From contig LWCA01000027.1 in the NCBI GenBank assembly GCA_001642005.1, positions 12,682-76,681 of the forward strand: DNA of 64,000 nt, read 5' to 3'. Both the position numbers and the translations under genes were made by a program. This DNA is from Intoshia linei (Eukaryota > Animalia > Orthonectida). Below the pieces are notes generated by a model, which made no database searches, was not told the origin of the DNA, and worked only from the letters and a program-made list of their open reading frames with translations. Shown one piece after another: positions 13,101 to 28,722 of the stretch. The first letter of the stretch is position 1. Each line of letters starts with the position of its first letter.

Positions 13101-14293
13101 AAATCACTAAATTATATAAATTTTTTTACTTGAAATAAAATCGATAAATGTGAAATATTACCCATTTAAATTAACCCTTTGACATATTGCGATGTTTTTT
13201 TATTATAGTGCAGAAACATTTTTTAATTGATTCTAGTGCGTCCCGTTGGAAAAATGTTGACAAACATTTATTTAATGGAGGGGTGGCTAACCTATCCAAA
13301 TTTCATTTACATTTCATCATTGTTTTATCAAACAAGTACGCATTTAAATCCATATATTTGGAAACTAGTAGGATCAAAACAACCCTAAAAATCTCATTAA
13401 TTAAGGACTACTACACAGTATATATACATTTATATTGTAATAAAATAAAAATTATTTTAAAATTAAAATAGTTTATATAAGTATAAATTATATTAGTGGC
13501 CGGATTTTCAAAAAAATTTTTGGCGTATCTGAGATGGGATGTTGAAATGTGGCGCATGGCATATTAAAATGTTGGCCACCCCTGATCTAATGTATACTTT
13601 GTACGTGAATTGTGCTTCAAATCTGCAAAATTTTGAGAATTTATTATTTGTGTTTTAGGGACCATGCAAGATCATTTAGTTGGAAACGAAATTATATGCG
13701 AGTATTTGGTATATTGGATGAATAAAAATAAAATTAGGTACATTTTTTATAATGTATTTATAATTGATTATTGCAGTGGTTTTTTGATTATATTACTATA
13801 TCTTTCATAGGGCAAACCCCTTATTTGTGTCTTATTTTTATTAAAATATTTTTTGATGTGAATAAAATAAAATAATCATGTATAGTAGGCATAACTCATA
13901 TTTGTATGTACAGAACGAATGGAAAAATTTTACTGCATTAAGATCTGAAAAATCTGAAAAACCACTGCAGCGCTGAATTATAAATACTAAAATTAATGAT
14001 GATTATATTTACTTTAACTATATATTTAATTAAATTTAATTAAATAGCAACTTTACAAAATATTATCAATTGGATTCTATTGACGGTGATATATATGAAA
14101 TTTTGAAAAATATTGCAATTGCAAGGAATCTTTTTAGTCAGCATAAAACTGTCACAAGTATTGTATTTTTTCACTCTGATATTATTGAAATTTAGAAAAA
14201 ATTGTGTCTATCCCCGATTACAATTTAATATCCAATAAAATTATTCGCGACTTTAGATCAGGAAACCTTGGAAAAATATGCCTAGATTTGTAA
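10130..14293 (+). CDS. MTG1: Mitochondrial ribosome-associated GTPase 1 (RbgA/YlqF family)
   Basis: [19 protein letters not shown]4 LNKSDL, G1 [15 protein letters not shown]3 LDTPGIL and C-terminal DFRSGNLGK, in circularly permuted GTPase order. About 9 exons; stop TAA at 14291-14293. Confidence 0.93.
11978..12895 (-). mobile_element. Internally deleted DD39D (plant-type/Guest) mariner with Stowaway-like TIRs and a transposase pseudogene
   Basis: TIRs ctccctccgttcctaaataatgtttacat and atgtaaacattattttagaacagagggag, TA on both sides. Minus-strand protein QQDNAKPH...[13 protein letters not shown] has exactly 39 residues between the 2nd and 3rd catalytic Asp. Reading continues past a premature stop as YKLPHIGK...GTLPISLAC. 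Confidence 0.92.
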
Positions 14294-14346
14294 ATATTTT
14301 GAAACAATTGTAAATATTTTATTAATTGTAAATTAATGAATAAAAA

Positions 14347-15144
14347 TTAAACTGGTAATTTCAATTTTTTGCCTTTCATTACTAAAAAATATACAATTAC
14401 AATGTACATTTGTATTTTAAAAATGGAAAAATTACACTTTGTCACATAGATGTAGAAAAAATCACTATATAAAATGGTTTGAATAACTCCTGCGACAACA
14501 GCAATTACATCGACTAGTTTGCTATCATAATAAACGTAAATCCAATGAAGAACATATAACAATCTATACATCCCCAAAGCAAAAATATAGTGGCTAGTGA
14601 TAGTTTCTGCTTCAGCTCTCTTAGAAATCATGTATAATTGTGGTAATATTGCTACACTTTCTAGGTATATCGAAAAAGTCCACAAAATCTTTTACTAAAA
14701 GTATTACCAGATAATCTTTACATTTACCTCTAATATCTCAATTTCGTAATTTATTAAACATGCCAACCCGCCGCAGCAAATAACTTAAAAGTTTATTAAA
14801 ATTATTATTTAAATTTACCCAATATTTCTGCTCGGAAACTATCATCTTCACTGTTGTAAGTATGTCGATATTTTACCAGTATTAAATAAACTGTCAATAA
14901 CATTGATAAAATGTAAATAACTTTCATAATAGTATTATACGCAGACACAAAATGTAGAAACAGGTCGACATAACGAGAAATAAATACAAGGAAAAATAGA
15001 ACTTGACTTTTTGCGGATAAACCTATAAATGTATTAGTTCAAATTCAAAATACCTGAAATTGATCGGGATTTTATAATTTTGTACAATAATAACTTAATA
15101 GCTATAAGATGACTGAGATCTCCAATAAATCGAAATATATCCAT
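14347..15144 (-). CDS. KDELR: ER lumen protein-retaining (KDEL) receptor, ERD2 family
   Basis: [70 protein letters not shown]. Five exons separated by ~30-40-nt introns (e.g. 15023-15053). Confidence 0.96.
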
Positions 15145-16366
15145 ATTATATTCTGAATAACAAATAGACACGTTTTATTTATTTTAGTTTCAGGTTAAAA
15201 TTTTATTAAATTTATTTTTGGATACACATTATTTTAATCTAATATTTATGTATAATTTATCTGACGAATATACATTTGAATCCATTTTTTATTATATAAA
15301 AATACAATTTGATATTACATGCCATTGATTTGTAGTAGCGACAGCAATATAATTATAGGTATAGTTCTCAGTCGGGAATCGATTTCATTGTATTGACTGA
15401 ATATTTCATTCATTTTGTAGTTACGTAAAGATACAAGAGTATTTTTTAATGAGTCGTCAATACAAAATTTAATTTAAAAATTAAAAATAATGGTGGTAAA
15501 AAATACTTTTCAAGTGTTTGTAAGATTGGTAATAACATGCCCTTTAGAGGGTTATCATATAGCGTTAGTGATGGAGATTTAACTCTGGTTCAACCCAACC
15601 CTTCTAGGTTAAGTAATCTGATGTGAAGCAAGGATAATACCCTTTATTTTAAGAAAAATTTATATATTTCAAAATTTTATTTTTGGAATTTAAAAAATAT
15701 CTATAATTTATAATTCATAGTATCATACGAGCTGGGTGACCTAAAAGAAATTCTACCTTCATTTGGGAACCGCTGTACTATAAATGAATTTTTCATAAAA
15801 AATCATTTTTTTTGTGAAATTTCATAATTTTTTTGAATTTTTGGTCATAAATAAATTGCTCTAATAATTACATAGTATTGTATCTATTTAATTCCTGTAT
15901 AGCGCCTCACGAATCAATTTCAATTTTCCTAGCTCAACAGTAAAATCTATTCATTGTTCATAATTACTTTTTTACACAAAGCCCAAGTATTACTATTCAA
16001 TCAGTTGATTTTGATTACAATTATAATTGCAACGTTGATTATTACAAATATTATCATAATTATAATGATCTGAAGTCATCATTATAAACGCAAACTATTG
16101 AGTTATAATAATCAGAATATAGTCGGCGATATTGTTCTCGGCATAAACATTTTCTTATAATTAAATAAGCGACGTCAAAATTTAAAAAATTAACATTTAA
16201 TGAATTGTTTATAATCGTAAATTATAGCAAATGTACCACTTTCATTGCAAATGTTTTATTGTGGCATAGTAACTGTTTATATTAAATAAAAATAATGTGC
16301 GCTTTTTTTAAAATATATTTTTAATTTATTCTTAATTTATTTTTATTCGTAAAATATAACTAATAA

Positions 16367-19300
16367 ATGCAAAAAAAGTTTGAACTTTATAGTATTCTAC
16401 CCAATAAATCAATCGAATTACCCAAAGAAAATACCAAATCTCATTTGAATATATCCAAAAATGCTTCCATGTTTAATACAACAGTTGGTAATTTTTTCAT
16501 TTTAAATTTACGTCAGATACAAAAAATTCACTCGTAGTTTTTCGGGTATTGTATTTAGTAAGTCTAGTGAATATTTGAAAAGAAAAAAACACAATAAAGC
16601 TTAAAGTTTAGATAAAATTTTTCACAATTTTTAGAATTTTAGTCATCTAAATTTATGCAAAGATTAGTCATCATAGTAATCCAAACGTCATGAGTGAGCC
16701 CCAGATTTTTTAGTTTTAATAATTTATTAAAACTTATTTCTTAGATGTTAAAAATAAGAGTATTAACATTTCTATGCGTAAAACCTCTTCAACATCCGGA
16801 GATCGTTACATTCCAAACCGTTCAGCCATGAATTTCGATGTATGCAAGTTTTACACTAGTAAAGGTCCTGATAAAACGACTAATGATAACACTGATACAA
16901 ATGAAAAATTAGAATATCATAATAGCATTACAAACAACTTAATTGGCAAAAATAAAGATTCGAAAATTTTAACTTTTGGAAAAAAGATGCCACTACCAGG
17001 TAATTTTTCATTTTTAACTGATAATTTTTTTTGTAGCAATTAATTCAAAAAATGATGTCGCCTTTGTAGCTAATAAATCTAAAGGAAAATCTTCGCATAG
17101 AAACATTTTGCAACATGCAGATAAGATTCTGGACGCTCCAAATTTAATTTCTGATTATTGTAATTTTATTTATAATGGTAAACACCTGCAAAAGATGTAG
17201 ACCAGTGATGGTAGCCAACTAAAACTAGGTGTGTTAAATTTAATACTATTTTCAGCAATTTTTTTCTTGTGTTTTTATTAAAAAAATATTAGGTCAATCA
17301 AAACCGTCAATTAAGTCGAAGAACTTGATGATGGAAAATGAGTTAAAAAAATAATTTTTACATTTATTTAGATTTAAAAAATTGAGCTGCAAGTTTTTCA
17401 ATGGGAGGTTCATAACTTGTTGATTTTAACGCTAAACAAGCCAAACTAATTTCATCGTGAAGTCTATTCATTTTATGATTTTTGACATTATTCAATGTGC
17501 AAAATAACGATTCACAAGAATATGTAGATGAAAATATATTTAATATAGCTTTAGCTAGACATTTCAGACTATTAATTGTTTCAGGCATAGAATGCTAAAC
17601 TTCTAATAACATATTTGATTTGTCAAAGTAGGTAACATCTTTAAATGATTTTTTAAGTTTATTTCGTTTTATTACTTCAATTTCTGATCTCACTTATTTT
17701 AGTAATATTTTTTAGGCGTGCATTTATTGTGTCAGTATTTTTATTATTGATTTCTCAGTATTGGTGATGGTTTGTCAGTAGAAAAATTGATTTTTCAGTA
17801 TTTTAGGTGCCAATTGATAAGGTGTCAGTATAAATAATTGATTGTTAGTATTTAAATTGGAAGGGCAATAAAAAAAATTATTTTGGAAGTAAAGTTTGTT
17901 TGTTTGCCAATACTGAAAAATAATTAAAGAAAAATACTGACACAATTAATTAACACGTTTGTTAACAATTAATTAATTAATTAACAATTAACAATTTGTT
18001 CTCATAAAAAAACCTGGTGTGAACACCATAGAATATTTCTAATTTTTTTGTAATTTGGTTTGTAGGTATAATATGGTATCTTAATATTTAAGTTTTAAGT
18101 TGGGTCTGTAGTGGATGATATTATTATATAAAGTATTTCATAAGATTAACCTAATTATTAACCACACAAGGATAATAATAAAGACAAGAGAGATATAAAA
18201 AAGATTAAAGGGATTGACATAATTACATTTAATTTTCAAAAACTAGATTTTTAATTTTTATACTACCACTCCAAAATCATCAAACTTACAATTCAATTTT
18301 TTTACTGACAAATTAATTAATCCCCTATTTTTTATTTGAAGTGAATTTATATTTTTTTTCAAATTTGTATTTTTTACACACAAACACGTACTTTGCCATC
18401 ACTGATGTAGACGATCAAAATATAATGGACCACATGACACGTGAAAATATTTTATTAACATTAACGGTTAATTCTGTATCAGCCAAACTTGGTTTCCACG
18501 ACATCCTTGCTTCAATAGTATTAATAAAAAACTAGCTTCATCCACTTTTCGAAAAATTTTCAAAGATAATTATTTTTAATTGTTTAAACTTGCAGAATAC
18601 GATACTATTTGAAAAATTTGTTTTTAAAAAAATTCACTGTATCTCACATCACCTAGTTGGATAAAGATTGGGTTAATTTATGAAAATATTTTGAAACTCA
18701 GAATATAAAATTGTCATCCAACATTTTTTGTAATATTGTATTACTTTAGATATACTACAGTTTAAGTCCTTATTAAGGAAATTTTGTTAGCGGAAATTCT
18801 ATTTTAACGGAATTTTGAATTATTTATTTTTTCTTAACGAATTTGTATAAACTAAAAATTCCGTTAATAAAAATATTATTTGTAAACTCTAGAATTTATT
18901 TTTAATCATAAATATAAACTCATTTTTTTACTTATTAAAAGTCAATTTAGTACGTTTTTTATCAAATTTTTCAAGGACACTAAAAAACTGATGTGGACCC
19001 ATTTGATAATGTTTTGCGTATATTATTTCGTCATTTATTATTCAAAAAGTCATAATAACAAGAAATATGACCATTTATTTCAAAAAAATTAAATTCCGTT
19101 AACAAGGGTGTAACTATGGGGAAAATTCTATTAATATGTAATTTCCAAATTTTTAATTCCGTTAATTGGGACTTATATTGTATTATTACTAGTTATTACA
19201 AGGTTAAAATTGGTCATCGACCTCTTAAAACCTGATAATAGATAAAGAGAAAGTGAACAAAAAATTAGGGACTTTGAGAAACACAATTTATTTCTTTTTA

Positions 19301-21830
19301 ATAATAAGATTTTCCACAAAACAAGTATCATAATAAAATTGACACTGAATTTTAGCTTTTTAATTCAACGACATGTGCCATAATTAAATAACTGAAATTT
19401 AATCTTATATAACTTTTATTGTATCTTTTTGGTTTTATAATATTTTATAATATTCTCTTTAAAAATTGGTTTAAAAAATATTTAACGTTAATAATATATT
19501 ATGTGAAACTGTTTTAACCTTTTTCACATAATATACCTGTTAAAAAATATTTCTGAACCTTTACTGTAAAATTAACTGAAATGTTTATAAATTAAAGATA
19601 AACTTACAAATAAATTTTCGCTGGCTGCAAATAGATTTTGGTGTGGCGCACCGGTTGAGAAACACTGTAATATTCAATATTAATTAAATTACACTTTATG
19701 TTTCTTTTTCTGTATCATTATTCTACATCAGTGGTTCTCAAGAAGGTCCACAAGAAAAATTTTTGGACAACGAAAAAAATCCATTACAAGCATCCGATAT
19801 AATGATGAATGATCGCATAATGAACAACCAATTAAGCAATGTATAGAGGTCCTATTTTTTATAGTGCCTACAATGTCTACCTGATCGCAAAGCCTACTGT
19901 TGGCTCTCCACGGCCCTGCATGTGCCATGTTGAGAATATCTGTATTATGTTATTTTTCAATTTAACATTATTGTCAATATTTTTTCGGTTTGTTTTTAAC
20001 CCTACTTACCGCCTCATCGGTCATTTTTTTAATTGAATGATACTATAACTATAGAATTTCTGCTAAACCCTCATAAAAATTCGAATTTTATTAACCTCAA
20101 CGAAAAAATTTATTTACTCTTAGACACCGCATTACTCAGATATGAATAATTTGAAATTTCAATAATATGAAAGTTACTAACAATAATAAAGTCAAAGTTC
20201 CATCGTAGTGTCTAAGGGTTAGAAGTCTCAATTTTAGATGAAATCTTGAAAACATCTATTTTTATGAAAGTGGATTTTTTTATTAAGGTTTTGTAATATG
20301 TATTTTTTCTTTCATAATTGGGATAAATGGATTATTCTCATTCGGTTTAGTAAATAAATAATTATTTTCCACATTATCATGACTATAAAACAGGCATTCA
20401 AAGTTATATACTTGAACAGTTAATTTAATATTAAATTGTGGACGGATTAAAGGTTAATTCTAAGAAATTTTACCAAAATTTTATTTGTAAAAGACTTTTT
20501 ATGTTCTTGGTTTAATTTTAATTTTTTAAGTTTTTCTACGAACTGGCATTTGGGAATTATGAAACTATAAAGTCCAACACCAATTGACATGAATCAACAT
20601 TTATAAATAAATGTATATTAAATTTTTTTAATTATGCCAATGACATTGGCCCAATGTTATTTTTTTTTTGTGGACTTTTTTGGAAATCACTTAAAGAAAT
20701 TTATTAATTTTTACGATAGATTTGAATATAATGGATTGGTCAGTCAAAAATATATTGGCTGTTTGCCTTGGAACAACGGTTTATTTATGGAACTATGATT
20801 CTCAAACTACCACAATTTTAACTGATTTTGTAAATAACTCTAATGATTATCCATCCTCGATTAAATGGTCTCATGATGGTAAATTTATCGTTATTGGAAC
20901 TTTTTCTCATAATGTTGAGGTATATTAAATGAATTATAAAAATTAAATACGTTTCAGATATGGAGCGTTGAGAAAGAAATGAAACTACGAACCATGAAGG
21001 GACATGCGGCCCGAGTAGGTAGTTTAAGTTGGAAAGAGCACATTCTTAGTAGGTAAATTTACTTTTGTAACGAGTGATTTCTGTCTCGCGCATATTTAGT
21101 TTTTTATTTTAGTGGCTCAAAATCAGGATATATACATCACCATGATGTGAGAATATCTGAACATATTTTGGGTAAATGGGCTGCACATTCCCAAGAAGTT
21201 TGTGGTCTGGCATGGTCCAACGGCTCCAATAAATGTTTAGCTTCTGGGTCAAACGATAATGCCCTGAAACTCTGGTCTTATGATTCAATATCTACAAATT
21301 TTGAAATGAATGGAAATAAATACTACACTGGAGGTCCAATACACACATTAACCGAGCACAAAGCTGCTGTAAAGGCAATTGCGTGGTGCCCTTGGCAGAA
21401 TTCAATTCTGGCTAGTGGAGCGGGAACGGCGGACAAGTGTATAAAGATTTGGAACTCTACTACTGGAGAATGTGTAAAATCCGTAGATACAAATTCTCAA
21501 GTTTGCAATATACTTTGGTGCGAAGAATATAGAGAATTGGCCTCGAGCCACGGATTCAAACAAAATCAAATTACACTCTGGAAATATCCACTCATGACCA
21601 AAGTTGCGGATTTATTGGGTAACTATTAAATATTTTTAATTTATTACAAATTAGGTCATACGGGTAGAGTTTTGCACATGTCTTTATCAGCCGATAAGAC
21701 TACAATTGCTTCCGTAGGTGCGGATGAAACCCTCCGATTTTGGAAATGCTTCCCGGAACGAGAAAAGAGCGTGAAGCTTACTAAACGATCCGCCCATACA
21801 AACAATATGTTTGGACTGAGTCGGTTTTAA
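16367..21830 (+). CDS. CDC20: Cell division cycle protein 20 / fizzy (APC/C co-activator)
   Basis: KEN box in exon 1, C-box DRYIPNR, KILT (KILR-like) motif, KILDAP..DYYLN..DWS, WD40 repeats HSQEVCGLAW, HKAAVKAIAWCPWQ, SQVCNILW, ADETLRFWKCF. One ~3.5-kb transposon-filled intron (17160-20720). Confidence 0.95.
17203..18404 (-). mobile_element. hAT (Buster/Charlie-like) deletion derivative with a transposase C-terminal dimerisation remnant
   Basis: TIRs cagtgatgg...ccatcactg. Perfect 8-bp TSD atgtagac (17195-17202, 18405-18412). ORF 17364-17588 (FSSTYSCESLFCTLNNVKNHKMNRL) resembles hATC. Confidence 0.9.
18758..19180. mobile_element. pogo/Tigger-like MITE
   Basis: TA-flanked imperfect TIRs cagtttaagtcc and ggacttatattg, with repeated internal ttaacggaa/ttccgttaa motifs. 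Confidence 0.7.
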
Positions 21831-22289
21831 TTTTGTATATACTTAATTTGTTTTACAGATATAAATTAAATTTATGACCTTAGTCTCGATTTGTCAGTTT
21901 ATATGAGTTTGTCATTCTAATGATGATTCGACTCAAATTACAATTAATGAAGACATTAATTTCAAACATAAGCATTTAACTAAATTAGTTGTCAGAAAAT
22001 ATTGTCTCTCGATATGATTCTAGTCAAAATGATGATTAGACATGTTCATTTATAAAACATTTACCATAAAATCGTACATAAATATACATCAATCAACTTT
22101 GCATTCTGACATGCTTATGTTGTGTAATGAGTGTATGTAATTTTAGAATAACTTGTTTGACTAATGAAATCCGATTGAGTCGTTTATTTTTTGCGCATTT
22201 AACTTTAGATGGGTGATTTTACCAAGTAAAATTGGCTTATTAAGCTTTATTGCTACAAACATTACATCGGTCATTGCATTTGTCTGTAA

Positions 22290-23369
22290 ATGATTTTATT
22301 GATATTGTTTTGTGTATTTTTTAATTGCCACTTTTGTATCAACCGAGAACCTATATTGGACTGGATTAGACTAAAAATATCGCATAGTATAAAGGAAAAA
22401 AATACTATATTTGGAATTTATCCACAAGGTTCATTCATTTTTTTCAAATAATTATTTTTTAGCAATTTGGAAGTCTCCAGATGAAAATATATTTAAATTA
22501 TGTTTTTCTAATGCGAAAATTCCTCACATTCACAGGGCAAATAGAAATGCAAAAATTAAATTTGTCATATCTCCACAAATATTGAATGAAAATATGTTTC
22601 ATCTTAAAATTAACCAATCATCTATTTTTACAAACATTTATAAAGAAAGGGATAACCATAAAAATAAAAAACTAGGAAGAATAGGTCGTTCTGTAAACTT
22701 TTTTACGGGCGATGCGCACATTACCAATATTCACAGTGTTAAAACTGTCATAAATGCATCCTTCAACTCTACTGGTTGCAACAACATTTATGTTAAATTT
22801 TTCACCAAAATTAATAATAACAATATTAATCTTTCTTTTCGACCCCTCAATGTTAAATTGAACCAATTATTCATGTTGACCATTTTTGTGAGGAAAAATG
22901 CCATCATTACTGACAAACATTACAAATCATCTATAGACAAAATTAAATTAATTCTTGCTACACCTCCAGAACCTAAACACACTCGAAAGCGTAGACATTT
23001 ACCAAATTCCCAATCCGGGGATTGTGAATTGCACTATATCAATGTCAATTTTTATGAAATCGGGTGGCACTGGATCGTTGACCCTCCCAGCTACCAATCA
23101 AATTACTGTCAGGGAATGTGCAACTATCCTCTCCCTCAAAAGACAAATAATAGCAACCATGCAATGGTGCAAGTACTACAGGTAATATTATTGATGTATC
23201 TTACTGTATATATTTTATCTAGCACGCTTTACGACCAAATTTAATCCCTGCTCCCTGCTGTGTGCCTACAAAATTAAAGCCAATAGACATATTATATATG
23301 GATCCGTATTATCGAGTCATGTTGAAAAGGTTCGATGAAATGATAGTAACTAAATGTGGTTGTCAATAA
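22290..23369 (+). CDS. TGF-beta superfamily ligand, BMP-like
   Basis: Signal peptide MILLILFCVFF, furin site RKRR, 7-Cys mature domain CELHY..GWHWIV..YCQGMCNYPL..NHAMVQ..PAPCCVPTKL..MIVTKCGCQ*. Exons 22290-22428, 22463-23181, 23223-23369. Confidence 0.93.
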
Positions 23370-23383
23370 AATTAAAAGGTTAA

Positions 23384-28436
<5,053 letters not shown>

Positions 28437-28481
28437 TTTAGCTCAAATTTTTTTCATTTCTGTAATGCAAATATATACATT

Positions 28482-28490
28482 TGACCTTGA
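28482..28490 (-). promoter_or_regulatory. Consensus ERR response element (TCAAGGTCA) in the ERR/TRIM divergent intergenic region
   Basis: TGACCTTGA on the + strand, 45 nt upstream of the inferred ERR start codon. Confidence 0.5.
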
Positions 28491-28722
28491 AAAATATATT
28501 ATTGTTTTGGAAACAACCTCCGTAAATTTTGTCAATATTGGTCAAATCCGCACATTATTCCGAGTTTCCAATATGTATCCAAGTTTTTTGAGTTTGAGAA
28601 AATTGAAGTTAAATTTGAATGTAAAATGAAATGAATGTTTGATTAGTATCAAGTTTCTATGTTAATTGAGAACACTGAATATTTCCACTGGATTCGCTAT
28701 CCAAGTAAATTAAAGATTGAAA

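Noticed and set aside
13171-13190. ttaaccc/gggttaa piggyBac-like ends (also ~20215, ~39247, ~49644)
   Set aside because: I could not pair the ends into elements with TTAA duplications on both sides.
11859-13584. Possible single large hAT element (caggg...cccctg) enclosing the mariner
   Set aside because: The flanking 8-mers (gtgtagat, atctaatg) do not match. More likely adjacent or nested pieces of different MITEs.
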